Virus record (IMG/VR): IMGVR_UViG_3300025381_000001
Strand: one strand, 5' to 3'
DNA: 64,000 nucleotides
Origin: a virus
The position numbers and the translations under genes were made by a program. The notes below the pieces were generated by a model that saw only the letters and a program-made list of their open reading frames with translations, was not told the DNA's origin and searched no databases. Positions 21,922 through 31,670 of this stretch are shown piece by piece. Every line of letters begins with the position of its first letter. Position 1 is the stretch's first letter.

Positions 21922-22167
21922 ATGGCAAAGACACTAGCATGGCAACGCAAAGAAGGCAAGAATCCCAATGGCGGCTTGAACGCCAAAGGGCGGGCGTCCG
22001 CAAAGAAGGCGGGGATGAACTTAAAAGCACCTCAGCCCGAAGGCGGCAAACGCAAGGATTCTTTCTGTGCGCGGATGGAAGGGATGAAGAAGAAATTGAC
22101 TTCGACCAAGACCGCCAGAGACCCAGACAGCCGGATTAACAAAAGCCTTCGGGCGTGGAAGTGCTGA
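21922..22167 (+). CDS. conserved small basic phage protein
   Basis: WQRKEGKNPNGGLNAKGRAS...SFCARM...DPDSRINKSLRAWKC is a pattern recalled from other podophage genomes. Confidence 0.6.
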   Translation: MAKTLAWQRKEGKNPNGGLNAKGRASAKKAGMNLKAPQPEGGKRKDSFCARMEGMKKKLTSTKTARDPDSRINKSLRAWKC

Positions 22168-22168
22168 C

Positions 22169-22417
22169 ATGGAAATTCCCATCTGGAACATTTTGCTGAC
22201 CACCTTCATTGGTTTGCTGGCGTGGAACTTGAAAGAAAAGTCCACCGAACTCAACCGTGTGACGATTCTTTTGAACCGCACGCGAGAAGAAATTGCACGC
22301 GACAACGTGACGCAGGCCGAAATGGACAAATTTCTTTTGCACATGGACTCACGTTTCGATAAACTCAACGACAAGCTGGATGCTTACATGAGGGAGCAAA
22401 GAAGTGCCCTCAACTAG
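22169..22417 (+). CDS. hypothetical membrane-anchored coiled-coil protein
   Basis: N-terminal TM segment IWNILLTTFIGLLAW followed by a charged helix. Confidence 0.6.
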   Translation: MEIPIWNILLTTFIGLLAWNLKEKSTELNRVTILLNRTREEIARDNVTQAEMDKFLLHMDSRFDKLNDKLDAYMREQRSALN

Positions 22418-22763
22418 CAAAAAGCAACACAATTTCATGGAGGCCGTGGCGCACAACGCCGCGTTCGCCAAGAAAGCCGGAGTCCCTCAGTCTGTGGGAC
22501 AAGATTTCAGCAAGGCCGACAAAGGCCGCAAATTTTCTACAGGAGGCCTCATGGCTAAAGGAAGTACAACAGGTACCACTGGTACTAGCGAAAAAAAGGG
22601 TTTGACAACCGAAAAAATGGCCAAGGTGCGCACTGCTGCTCCTAGCCGTGATGGTTTGGCCGAGCGCGGTAAGACCAAAGGTCGCGTCATCAAAATGGCT
22701 GGCAACGATATCGGCACTGGCCCCGCGATGAAACGCGGCGGTATGGCCAAAAAAATGAAATAA
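22404..22763 (+). CDS. small basic protein, DUF3008-like N-terminus
   Basis: GTG start after GGGAG. The N-terminal PSTSKKQHNFMEAVAHNAAFAKKAG resembles the MPxxSKxQQRFMG family. Lys/Gly-rich tail. Confidence 0.55.
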   Translation: MPSTSKKQHNFMEAVAHNAAFAKKAGVPQSVGQDFSKADKGRKFSTGGLMAKGSTTGTTGTSEKKGLTTEKMAKVRTAAPSRDGLAERGKTKGRVIKMAGNDIGTGPAMKRGGMAKKMK

Positions 22764-22773
22764 GGAGTTTCAA

Positions 22774-22965
22774 ATGAAAAACGATTTTCCTTACATGAAC
22801 GAAGACAAGTTTCCTGCGCACGAAATGCACCACAAGGCCGTGGAAAAACACTCTGCCGGCGGTCACATGCACCACAGCGAAATGTTCAAAAAGCACGGCG
22901 CTGGCCATCAGTACGAACAGGAAAAAGTCAAAGCCATGTGCGGTGGCGGGATGACTCGCAAATGA
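22774..22965 (+). CDS. small His-rich protein
   Basis: AAGGAG SD. Ten His in 63 aa (HEMHHKAVEKHSAGGHMHHSEMFKKHGAGH). Confidence 0.55.
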   Translation: MKNDFPYMNEDKFPAHEMHHKAVEKHSAGGHMHHSEMFKKHGAGHQYEQEKVKAMCGGGMTRK

Positions 22966-23195
22966 TGCCCAGTCGCGGTATGGGGGCGGTTGCCTCCTCA
23001 AAGATGCCAAGCGGTACGCGCAAAGCACGCCGCGACGACACCGACTTCACCGAGTACAAAAAGGGCGGCAAAGTCGGTCTTTATGCGAACATCAACGCCA
23101 AGCGCAAGCGTGGTGAGAAAATGCGCAAACCCGGTGCTAAGGGTGCTCCAACGGAGCAGGCATTCATTGATTCCGCAAAAACTGCGAAGAAATAA
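22962..23195 (+). CDS. small basic protein (YKKGGKVGLYANINAKRKRGEKMRKPGAKGAPT type)
   Basis: ATGA overlap with the previous stop. The LYANINAKRKRG..MRKPG.KGAPT motif is recalled as a conserved family. Confidence 0.55.
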   Translation: MMPSRGMGAVASSKMPSGTRKARRDDTDFTEYKKGGKVGLYANINAKRKRGEKMRKPGAKGAPTEQAFIDSAKTAKK

Positions 23196-23197
23196 TC

Positions 23198-24130
23198 ATG
23201 GCAACAGTAACTTCCGGCTCAACATCGTTCAATCTGCAACTCACCGACTTGGTTGAGGAGGCGTTTGAACGCGCCGGAAGCGAATTGCGCACTGGCTACG
23301 ACCTGCGCACAGCCCGTCGTTCCCTAAACTTACTGTTTGCTGACTGGGCAAACCGTGGCGTCAACATGTGGACGATTGACCAAGGCGAAATTACCTTGGT
23401 TCCGGGTCAAAATACCTACGCGCTGCCCAATGACACCGTAGATTTGCTAGAACATGTTATCCGCACGGGGGCAAATGTGGCTTCCACACAAGCGGATTTG
23501 ACAATCACGCGCATCAGCGTGTCAACCTACGCGACTTTGCCCAACAAATTGCAGCAAGCGCGTCCAATTCAGGTGTGGGTACAGCGTTTGGATGGCCAAA
23601 CATCGTCTTCCAGCACCACTTTGACGGCGGCAATCAGCGCCACGGCCACCACAATCCCCGTTGGCTCCACTGTGGGAATGCCCTACGCAGGTTTTGTGCA
23701 AATTGATAACGAAACCATCAATTACGGCTACACCGACGGCACAAATCTGTACAACTGTTTCCGTGGGCAAAACAACACAACCGCCGCTGCGCACAATAGT
23801 GGCGCTGCCGTGTCAATACAGTACTTGCCTGCCGTCACAGTGTGGCCAACCCCAGACAATTCGCAGCAATACCAGTTTGTGTACTGGCGGCTGCGCCGCA
23901 CGCAGGATGCCGGCAACGGTGTCAACGTGATGGACGTGCCATTTCGCTTTATTCCTTGCATGGCCGCAGGGCTGGCCTACTACATTGCGCTCAAAGTGCC
24001 CGGCGGTATGGAGCGATTGGGTGTTTTGAAGCAGCAGTACGACGAAGCGTGGATGACGGCAGCAGACGAAGATCAAGAACGCGCCGCGTTGCGTCTCGTG
24101 CCTAGACAAATGTTCATCGGGGGCACCTGA
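23198..24130 (+). CDS. virion structural protein (possible head-tail adaptor)
   Basis: 310-aa ORF. The N-terminal LTDLVEEAFERAGSELRTGYDLRTARRSLNLLFADWANRGVNMW pattern is typical of podophage connector-proximal proteins. The function is inferred. Confidence 0.4.
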   Translation: MATVTSGSTSFNLQLTDLVEEAFERAGSELRTGYDLRTARRSLNLLFADWANRGVNMWTIDQGEITLVPGQNTYALPNDTVDLLEHVIRTGANVASTQADLTITRISVSTYATLPNKLQQARPIQVWVQRLDGQTSSSSTTLTAAISATATTIPVGSTVGMPYAGFVQIDNETINYGYTDGTNLYNCFRGQNNTTAAAHNSGAAVSIQYLPAVTVWPTPDNSQQYQFVYWRLRRTQDAGNGVNVMDVPFRFIPCMAAGLAYYIALKVPGGMERLGVLKQQYDEAWMTAADEDQERAALRLVPRQMFIGGT

Positions 24131-24558
24131 TGGGTAATCGGTTTGCATCCGGCAAGAATTCGATTGCGGAGTGCGATCGCTGTGGTTTTCGCTTCAAGCT
24201 GACCGGTCTCAAACGCGAGGTCGTCAAGGGCAGAAACTACGAGTTGTTGGTGTGCGGCCCATGTTGGGATCCTGACCATCCGCAGTTACACTTGGGCGAG
24301 TTCCCAGTGGATGATCCACAAGGCGTGCGCAACCCGCGCCCAGACCGTAGTTACTACGTTTCTGGCAACGATGGTTTGCAGATAAAAGTGAATGGCGGCG
24401 TGACTCAAGCAGGGTACGGCGTCAACGAAGGCGGCAGTCGGGTTTTTCAATGGGGTTGGAACCCAGTGGGAGGCTCCGAGTATTTTGATGCTGCGCTAAC
24501 GCCAAATAACTTGGCATTGAGCGTGAGTATTGGTACAGTTACAGTTCAAACGACGTAA
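24130..24558 (+). CDS. structural protein with N-terminal zinc ribbon
   Basis: CDRCGF...CGPCWDPDHPQ. Overlaps the previous stop (TGATG). Confidence 0.6.
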   Translation: MGNRFASGKNSIAECDRCGFRFKLTGLKREVVKGRNYELLVCGPCWDPDHPQLHLGEFPVDDPQGVRNPRPDRSYYVSGNDGLQIKVNGGVTQAGYGVNEGGSRVFQWGWNPVGGSEYFDAALTPNNLALSVSIGTVTVQTT

Positions 24559-24568
24559 GGAGTCGATC

Positions 24569-24769
24569 ATGGCAAAAATGGAAACCGAAAAATCTGACAT
24601 GGCTCAGGACAAGAAGCTCATCAAAAAAGCTTTTGGTATGCACGACAAACAGTTGCACGAGAACAAAAAGACCAACTTGACCAAGTTGAAAAAAGGCGGT
24701 CCTACCGGCAAAGACATGCGTGCAATGGGTCGCAACATGGCTCGCGCTAAAAACCAACGCGGAGGCTAA
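24569..24769 (+). CDS. small Lys-rich protein ending in RGG
   Basis: AAGGAG SD. 66 aa with a KLKKGGPTG motif; the C-terminus is ...AKNQRGG. Confidence 0.6.
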   Translation: MAKMETEKSDMAQDKKLIKKAFGMHDKQLHENKKTNLTKLKKGGPTGKDMRAMGRNMARAKNQRGG

Positions 24770-24770
24770 T

Positions 24771-25055
24771 ATGGCCAAGTACAGCATGAAAAAAGGCGGC
24801 AAAGAGGTGGGTTCCGCTTCTGTGTACGCCAAACCTCACACCATGAGCGGCAAAGCCATGTCCAAAGCCGATTCTGGCGTTGAGTACATGACCGATCCCA
24901 ATACCATGAAAGCTGATGAACCCACTCCCGGTGGTATGCCTGCACGCCGTGTGAGCCTTGGCAATATCACTGCTGAACCAAAATCCACAGGCATCAAAAT
25001 CCGTGGCACTGGCGCAGCAACTAAAGGCGTGATGGCCCGAGGCCCAATGGCATGA
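24771..25055 (+). CDS. small basic protein (MKKGGKEVG motif)
   Basis: GGAGG SD. 94 aa. Confidence 0.6.
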   Translation: MAKYSMKKGGKEVGSASVYAKPHTMSGKAMSKADSGVEYMTDPNTMKADEPTPGGMPARRVSLGNITAEPKSTGIKIRGTGAATKGVMARGPMA

Positions 25056-26005
25056 CCTACCAAGAACTCGTTAACGCGATTCAGTCGTATACGGAAAACC
25101 AGTTCCCGCCAATGTATTTGGCGGACGGCACACTTGTTTCTACCAATACACAAATTAATCGTTTTATCGAGCAGGCCGAACAGCGCATTTTTAACGTCAT
25201 CCAGTTCCCTTCGTTGCGCAAAAACGTGACAGGGACAGTGACCAGTACAAGCCCTTATTTGTCTGCGCCCACGGACTTTTTGTCGGTGTATTCACTAGCC
25301 GTTATTGACCCTTCGGGTAACTACACTTTTTTATTGAACAAAGACGTCAACTTTATTCGAGAAGCCTACCCTACCGCAACCAGCACGGGAGAACCCGCGT
25401 ACTACGCTTTGTTTGGCCCCACAATTTCTGGCGGCAGCGTCACTAACAACCTGTCTTTTTTAATGGGGCCTACCCCTGACCAAAGCTACAGCGTTGAATT
25501 ACATTATTACTACTACCCCGCGTCGATTATTCAGGCCGAAATTGCAGCGCTGGGTTCCGTAACAGGCGGCTCCAACTATGTTAATGGTACGTATTTTGAT
25601 GTGCCTTTGACTGGCGGCACAGGTTCCGGGGTTACGGCCACCGTAACCGTTTCCGGCGGCGCTGTTACTACCGTAACCGTGACCTCGGCTGGATGCCAGT
25701 ACACCGCTGGGGACGTGCTTTCCGTTGCCGCTACAAGTATTGGGGGCGCAGGTTCAGGTTTTTCCGTGCCTGTTGCTTCCATCACCAACGCAAGCGGCAC
25801 TTCTTGGCTTGGCCAAAACTTTGATACTGTGTTGCTTTACGGCTGCTTGGTTGAAGCATACACCTTCATGAAAGGTGAAGTGGACGTTATCAAGATGTAT
25901 GACGACAAGTACAAAGAAGCGTTGCAGTTGGCCAAACGTTTGGGCGATGGTTTGGAAAGAACCGATGCGTACCGCGTGCCCCAGTACAGACAGGCGGTGA
26001 CTTGA
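25052..26005 (+). CDS. virion structural protein, function unknown
   Basis: ATGA overlap. 317-aa ORF in the structural module. Confidence 0.65.
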   Translation: MTYQELVNAIQSYTENQFPPMYLADGTLVSTNTQINRFIEQAEQRIFNVIQFPSLRKNVTGTVTSTSPYLSAPTDFLSVYSLAVIDPSGNYTFLLNKDVNFIREAYPTATSTGEPAYYALFGPTISGGSVTNNLSFLMGPTPDQSYSVELHYYYYPASIIQAEIAALGSVTGGSNYVNGTYFDVPLTGGTGSGVTATVTVSGGAVTTVTVTSAGCQYTAGDVLSVAATSIGGAGSGFSVPVASITNASGTSWLGQNFDTVLLYGCLVEAYTFMKGEVDVIKMYDDKYKEALQLAKRLGDGLERTDAYRVPQYRQAVT

Positions 26006-26006
26006 T

Positions 26007-26435
26007 ATGGCGTTCAATGGGAACTGGGCGTGCGACGCCTTCAAAACAGGTTTGATGAACGGGGTGTACAACTTCACCTCGGGCACGTACTACATTGCGT
26101 TGTACACCAACGCGGCAACGCTGAACCAAACGACAACTGCGTACACAAACGTGGGCGAAACCACAGGCGGTAGCTACGCAGCAGGTGGCCAACTGTTGAC
26201 CATTACGCAAACCCCAACAACGGGAACCAGCGGCGACACGGCGTACATTTCATTTGCAAACGCATCTTGGACTGGCCCAATTACTGCTCGCGGGGCTTTG
26301 ATCTATTTGAACAACGGCACAACCAACCCGGCTGTTTGCGTTTTGGACTTCGGCAGCAACAAGGTATCCAACGCTACATTCACCGTACAATTTCCTGCAG
26401 TGACAAACACATCAGCGATCATCCGCATCGCTTAA
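26007..26435 (+). CDS. hypothetical structural protein
   Basis: 142-aa T/N/G-rich ORF, tightly packed with its neighbours. Confidence 0.6.
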   Translation: MAFNGNWACDAFKTGLMNGVYNFTSGTYYIALYTNAATLNQTTTAYTNVGETTGGSYAAGGQLLTITQTPTTGTSGDTAYISFANASWTGPITARGALIYLNNGTTNPAVCVLDFGSNKVSNATFTVQFPAVTNTSAIIRIA

Positions 26436-26444
26436 GGAGCTAAC

Positions 26445-27044
26445 ATGGCAAACGAAATTTCAAACTTTGGTGACCACGCTGTTGCCACAATGCAAGCCAA
26501 AGCCACCATCCCCGAGGGCATGGGCGTTGAAGGCTGGTATCACGTTGAGTGCCGCGATAAAGACGGTAAGCTAAAGTGGGTTGACGAGTTCCCCAATTTG
26601 GTTGTGGCCGTGGGCAAACAACTGATGCTTGACACCTTTCTCAAAGGCAGTTCGTACAGCGTTACAGGCCCTTATCTTGGTTTGATCGGCAACACATTTA
26701 CAGCAGCTGCGTCTGACACTATGGCATCGCACACATGGACGGAGTTCACCGCTTACACCGTGGTCGGCTCTGCAGTGCGCGGCACAGCTTCATTTGGATC
26801 TGCCACATCAACAGGTTCAACACCATCCAACGTGACATCATCAACTGCTTCCGCCATCACATACACCATCACTGGTTCTGGCGGCACGGTTTACGGTTGT
26901 TTCTTGGTGTTGGGTACTGGCGCCGTCAATACGCAAGGTTCTACTGCAGGTACTCTGTACTCGGAAGGACTGTTTGGAACGGCCAAGGCAACAACTGCAG
27001 GTGACACCGTCAGCGTTACGTACAGCACAACAGCCACTTCTTAA
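26445..27044 (+). CDS. hypothetical structural protein
   Basis: AAGGAG SD. 199-aa ORF with a Ser/Thr/Gly-rich C-terminal half. Confidence 0.6.
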   Translation: MANEISNFGDHAVATMQAKATIPEGMGVEGWYHVECRDKDGKLKWVDEFPNLVVAVGKQLMLDTFLKGSSYSVTGPYLGLIGNTFTAAASDTMASHTWTEFTAYTVVGSAVRGTASFGSATSTGSTPSNVTSSTASAITYTITGSGGTVYGCFLVLGTGAVNTQGSTAGTLYSEGLFGTAKATTAGDTVSVTYSTTATS

Positions 27045-27054
27045 GGGGTGGTAG

Positions 27055-27714
27055 ATGTTTGGCATAGCCGCATTTGCTAGAACTCCGTTTGCAACGCTTG
27101 GCAATAATGTCTATGCGTTTTCTATTACGGAAAACTTCGGTTCGGCAGATTTAAGTACGCAGGTTTTTGCGTTTCTTGAGACAATCACGGAAGTTTTCAC
27201 TTCAGCCGATACAAATGCAGAGTATGCTGTTTTGTATGAAGGCATTGTTGAAGGTTACAATTCTGCAGACTCCCCAACCATCAATGCGCAATTTAGTGTA
27301 AGTGATACAGAAGGATTTACTTCTGCTGAGTCGGATGTAATTTCTGCTCAATTTGCAGCGTCTGTAACGGAAGCGTTTACATCAGCTGACGTAGAAGCAA
27401 TTGCCAACGCACTGTTTTTTTCAATTGTTGAAAACTATTCTCCTGCTGCCGCCTACGTTGCTTCTGCTGCATTTCTGGAATCTTTGGTAGAAAACGTTAC
27501 AGGCAATGATGTGAACAGCATTGTTGCGCATTTTGCCGAATCTATCTTTGAGAGCTTTGTTGCTGCAGAGCTTTATAGTTTGTATGGCTGGGCTGCAATT
27601 GTGGACTCTCAGGTTGCAAACTGGAATAATGTGGATGATACGCAAACCGTTTCATGGAGTGCGGTGGACACAGGAACTTCTGCTGGATGGACTGATGTCA
27701 ATGACATCCAATAA
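27055..27714 (+). CDS. structural protein built from ~8 tandem 20-residue repeats
   Basis: The 20-aa unit S-[IV]-[TV]-E-x-[FY]-x-S-A-[DE]-x5-A-x-F repeats from SITENFGSADL through SIFESFVAAEL. Confidence 0.65.
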   Translation: MFGIAAFARTPFATLGNNVYAFSITENFGSADLSTQVFAFLETITEVFTSADTNAEYAVLYEGIVEGYNSADSPTINAQFSVSDTEGFTSAESDVISAQFAASVTEAFTSADVEAIANALFFSIVENYSPAAAYVASAAFLESLVENVTGNDVNSIVAHFAESIFESFVAAELYSLYGWAAIVDSQVANWNNVDDTQTVSWSAVDTGTSAGWTDVNDIQ

Positions 27715-27723
27715 GGAAAGAAC

Positions 27724-28068
27724 ATGGCACTTGTTTTAGCAGATCGCGTACAACAGACAGGCACAGCCAATACGACTGTCAGTTTTACCTTGTCAGGTTC
27801 TGTGACGGGGTTTCAATCTTTCACAGTCATTGGAAATGGAAATACAACGTATTACACTGCAACAGACAGTTCTGGAAACTGGGAAGTTGGTATTGGTACG
27901 TATTCAATTTCAGGGCCAACACTGACACGCACAACCATTTTGTCGTCAAGCAACTCTGGCAGTGCTGTGACATTTTCGGGTGCACTCAATGTGTGGTGTG
28001 ACTATCCTGCAGAGCAGGTTGGTTTTGAACAAACAAACTCTTACGCTTATGCGTGGATCAATGGATAA
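27724..28068 (+). CDS. hypothetical tail-fibre-module protein
   Basis: AAGGAAAG SD. 114-aa ORF. Confidence 0.6.
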   Translation: MALVLADRVQQTGTANTTVSFTLSGSVTGFQSFTVIGNGNTTYYTATDSSGNWEVGIGTYSISGPTLTRTTILSSSNSGSAVTFSGALNVWCDYPAEQVGFEQTNSYAYAWING

Positions 28069-28077
28069 AGGCTGCTC

Positions 28078-29340
28078 ATGTTTATTTTAGACACAACATC
28101 AAAATCAATTACAGCGGTCATGTCCGGCGCTGCCGCCACCACAAATCCAAACTTCACTGCAGCTTACGCCGACAACAACGGTTCAACATTTGTTGAGGGT
28201 GCAAACGACGGCGTTTTAAACGGCATCACTGCGGTAACTTTGGTTGCATCACCATCGTCTTCAACTCGACGCATTGTTAAAACAATCACCATCGAGAACA
28301 CCGACACAGCGGCGGTAACGGTCACAGTGGGATACGTAAACTCTGCCAGCACAAGAACAATTGTCAAAGTCACTTTGCAGGTTGGGGATACTTGGACAAC
28401 CGATGGAAGCTACGATACCAACGGCAACTTAAAACAGATCATTGGTACTGTCAACTTGGCAACTCAAGTTACAGGCATCTTGGGTGTCGCAAACGGCGGT
28501 ACAGGTTTGTCAAGCTTGACGGCCAACTATATTCCGTATGGCAACGGCACCAGCGCGTACCAATCAAGCTCAACGTTTACATTCAACGGGACAACATTCG
28601 TTGCTCCTGCGGCGTCTTTGAGCATCTCTGCGCTGACATCGTCAAACACCAGCAACTTCCAAATTGGTGGCACGCTAAGTTTCAGCGACACGGGCATTGT
28701 GTCAAATGGCGTTGGTACGACCAACGGTTATTTGCAAGCCGTCTTGCAAAACAAGTCAAACGGCACTGCTGCTTCGACTGAGTTCATTGCTTACAACGAC
28801 TCAGGAACGGCCACAACCAACTTTGCCACCGTGGGTATCAACTCATCGGGTTACACTGGCACAGGCTCAATCAATGCCGCTGGGTATGCGTTCTTTTTGT
28901 CTGGCAGCACCGACTTGGTGTTGGGCACAATCGGCTCAAACGCAATTCACCTTGTGATTGGCAGCTCTGCGACTGATGCGATGACCATCAACACGACAGG
29001 CATCACATCAATCCCAAGCACAACATACGCGCCAAACATCAACTTAACTGACGCTGCAACAATTGCTTGGGACACCTCAAAAGGTCAAGTGGCAACATTC
29101 ACGTTTGTTTCAACCAACCGCACCATGGGTGCACCAACAAACTTGTCCAACGGTGCGTTCTATGCCCTTGCGGTGATCCAGAATGGCGGATCAAATACGC
29201 TATCATGGAACTCAGTGTTTAAGTGGGCAAACGGCACAGCGCCAACTCTGTCAACTGCCGCTGGAGCAAAAGATTACTTTGTGTTCAGAAGTGATGGCAC
29301 AAACTTGTACCAACAAGGAATTTCACAGGCGGTGGCGTAA
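28078..29340 (+). CDS. tail fibre-like protein
   Basis: 420 aa, T/S/N/G-rich, with the GILGVANGGTGLSSLTANYIPYGNGT motif common in phage fibre proteins. Confidence 0.6.
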   Translation: MFILDTTSKSITAVMSGAAATTNPNFTAAYADNNGSTFVEGANDGVLNGITAVTLVASPSSSTRRIVKTITIENTDTAAVTVTVGYVNSASTRTIVKVTLQVGDTWTTDGSYDTNGNLKQIIGTVNLATQVTGILGVANGGTGLSSLTANYIPYGNGTSAYQSSSTFTFNGTTFVAPAASLSISALTSSNTSNFQIGGTLSFSDTGIVSNGVGTTNGYLQAVLQNKSNGTAASTEFIAYNDSGTATTNFATVGINSSGYTGTGSINAAGYAFFLSGSTDLVLGTIGSNAIHLVIGSSATDAMTINTTGITSIPSTTYAPNINLTDAATIAWDTSKGQVATFTFVSTNRTMGAPTNLSNGAFYALAVIQNGGSNTLSWNSVFKWANGTAPTLSTAAGAKDYFVFRSDGTNLYQQGISQAVA

Positions 29341-31667
29341 TGACGTTTCCAGTTTTATCTGCAAGCAACCCAAGTGGCTACACACTTAACCGCAGCTTGC
29401 GGTTTCGTTCGTCTGCATCTGCCTATTTAAATAGAACATTTACTACGCCAACAAACGAAAAAATTTGGACATGGAGTGCGTGGGTTAAACGTGGTTCTCT
29501 TGGAATAATTAGTTCATTGTTTAATGCCAGTACAGGCGCATCACCTGCTTATGACGGGTTCAGATTCAACTCATCAGACCAATTGCAGTTTTTTACTGGT
29601 GGCGCTGTAACAGTAAACCTTGTTACAAATGCTGTTTATCGTGACCCTTCATCTTGGTATCACATTGTTTTGTCGTACAACGCCACAACAACAACGGTGA
29701 CGATTTATGTAAATGGCGTAGCTCAGACAACGACTGGCACAACCGTTTCTAATACAACGTATTCATTTAACCATGCAAGCACGTTGCACTCAATCGGAGC
29801 GCAAGTTATAAACGGAGCATATACGGCTGGAACATATTTTGACGGCTACCTCACTGAAGTCAACTTCATTGACGGTCAAGCCCTAACACCATCATCGTTT
29901 GGCGCATACAACACTACAACAGGTGTGTGGCAACCTATCAAGTACAGCGGTACTTATGGGACTAACGGTTACTATCTGAACTTCAACAACAATGCGTCCA
30001 CCACAACGCTTGGCTACGATACGTCTGGCAACAGCAACAACTGGACAACCAACAACATCTCTCTGACTACTGGTGTTACCTACGACAGCATGATTGATGT
30101 GCCAACGCCTTACGCTGATGGCGGGAATGGTCGTGGGAATTACCCAGTAATAAATTTTCTCAACGCGTACTCAAATACATTCTTGAGTAACGGAAATTTG
30201 CGGTATCAAAACACGAACGCATATTGGGCTAATGCTCGCGCAACAATGCAGCCAGCAGTTGGCAGTAAGTTCTATGTTGAATTTACATCGACTCAACCGT
30301 GGACATCAAACAACGTATCGTTTCTTGGATTGTGTACGCCATCTATGGCGTTGACAGCTTCGGCTGGCGATATAGCAACCATTTACACAACAACGACATC
30401 TGGTGAAGTCCTTGCACTCGCCATAGACCGTGTAAATAATCAAGTCAGCACTTATCGCAACAACGCGCTGGTTGGAACAACGTCTATTTCTGCCACAAAC
30501 GATATTGATATTGTGGTTGGTTCTTATGCAGCAAGTGGTGAAATAAACTTTGGTCAACGCCCGTTCAGCTACACCCCACCCACAGGCTTTGTGGCTCTGA
30601 ACACATACAACTTGCCAACGCCAACCATTGTGAATGGTGCGTCTTACATGGCTGCTACGACCTATACGGGTACGGGTGCTGCACAAAACATTTTGAACAG
30701 CAACAACACTACAACTGGTGTGTCGTTCAAGCCTGACTTTGTTTGGGTCAAATCTCGCAGCAGCTCTTCTTACTCTCACAGATTGTTTGATGTTTTAAGA
30801 GGCACAAACGTAGATTTGCAATCAAACACAACCAATGGAGATACGTCAGAAGCAAATAGCTTGACTGCTTTTAATAGCAACGGCTATTCAGTTGGCGTTG
30901 ACAGTGTTGGTGGCGGCGTCAACACAAACGCCGTTACATACATTGGTTGGCAATGGCAAGCAGGCGCTGGTTCATCATCATCCAACACCAACGGCACTAT
31001 CACATCAACTGTGAGTGTGAATGCTACGGCTGGATTTAGCATCGTCACCTACACAGGCACAGGTGCAAATGCTACCGTGGGTCATGGGCTTGGTGTTGCT
31101 CCTTCTTTTATCATCACAAAAGTTCGTTCTGCTTCTGGTGCTGATTGGGGTGTTTACCATTCTGCGATTGGCGCAACACAATATCTTTTGCTTGACACAA
31201 CTGCTGCCGCTGCATCTTCAGCGAATTTTTGGAACAACACCGCACCAACAAGCAGTGTTTTCAGCGTTGGAGTTGGCGGCTCAACAAACAACAGCGGAAA
31301 CACAATGATTGCTTACTGCTGGTCTGCAGTAGCTGGTTTCAGCAAGTTTGGGTCATACACGGGTAACGGGTCTACTGATGGTCCTTTTGTGTATTGTGGA
31401 TTTAGACCACGGTTTATTTTATTAAAGCGTTCTTCAAGTTCAGAAAATTGGCAAATTTATGATACATCAAGAGATACATATAACGTAGCAGGATTGCAAT
31501 TGCTTCCAAACACAAACGGAGCAGAAGCAGATGGAAGACCGATTCTTGATATATTGTCAAATGGTTTTAAATTAAAAAATGTATCTGGTGGTGGAAATGC
31601 GTCAGGTGAAACTTACATCTACGCAACCTTTGCCGAATCACCTTTTAAAGTCTCTCTTGCCCGCTGA
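29340..31667 (+). CDS. tail fibre/receptor-binding protein with LamG-like (concanavalin-type) domain
   Basis: 775 aa. The N-terminal WTWSAWVKRG...DGFRF...SSWYHIVLSYN...IYVNGV...FDGYLTEVNFIDGQALTPSSFG pattern is typical of Laminin_G_3-type jelly rolls. Confidence 0.6.
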   Translation: MTFPVLSASNPSGYTLNRSLRFRSSASAYLNRTFTTPTNEKIWTWSAWVKRGSLGIISSLFNASTGASPAYDGFRFNSSDQLQFFTGGAVTVNLVTNAVYRDPSSWYHIVLSYNATTTTVTIYVNGVAQTTTGTTVSNTTYSFNHASTLHSIGAQVINGAYTAGTYFDGYLTEVNFIDGQALTPSSFGAYNTTTGVWQPIKYSGTYGTNGYYLNFNNNASTTTLGYDTSGNSNNWTTNNISLTTGVTYDSMIDVPTPYADGGNGRGNYPVINFLNAYSNTFLSNGNLRYQNTNAYWANARATMQPAVGSKFYVEFTSTQPWTSNNVSFLGLCTPSMALTASAGDIATIYTTTTSGEVLALAIDRVNNQVSTYRNNALVGTTSISATNDIDIVVGSYAASGEINFGQRPFSYTPPTGFVALNTYNLPTPTIVNGASYMAATTYTGTGAAQNILNSNNTTTGVSFKPDFVWVKSRSSSSYSHRLFDVLRGTNVDLQSNTTNGDTSEANSLTAFNSNGYSVGVDSVGGGVNTNAVTYIGWQWQAGAGSSSSNTNGTITSTVSVNATAGFSIVTYTGTGANATVGHGLGVAPSFIITKVRSASGADWGVYHSAIGATQYLLLDTTAAAASSANFWNNTAPTSSVFSVGVGGSTNNSGNTMIAYCWSAVAGFSKFGSYTGNGSTDGPFVYCGFRPRFILLKRSSSSENWQIYDTSRDTYNVAGLQLLPNTNGAEADGRPILDILSNGFKLKNVSGGGNASGETYIYATFAESPFKVSLAR

Positions 31668-31670
31668 CCT

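Noticed and set aside
24569-24769. The 66-aa protein ending in RGG as a ubiquitin/Pup-like modifier ligated by the early amidoligase.
   Set aside because: This rests only on a C-terminal di-glycine and the existence of a GS-like ligase 20 kb away in a different temporal class. The protein is Lys-rich and helical-looking, with no beta-grasp indication. This is too speculative to score.
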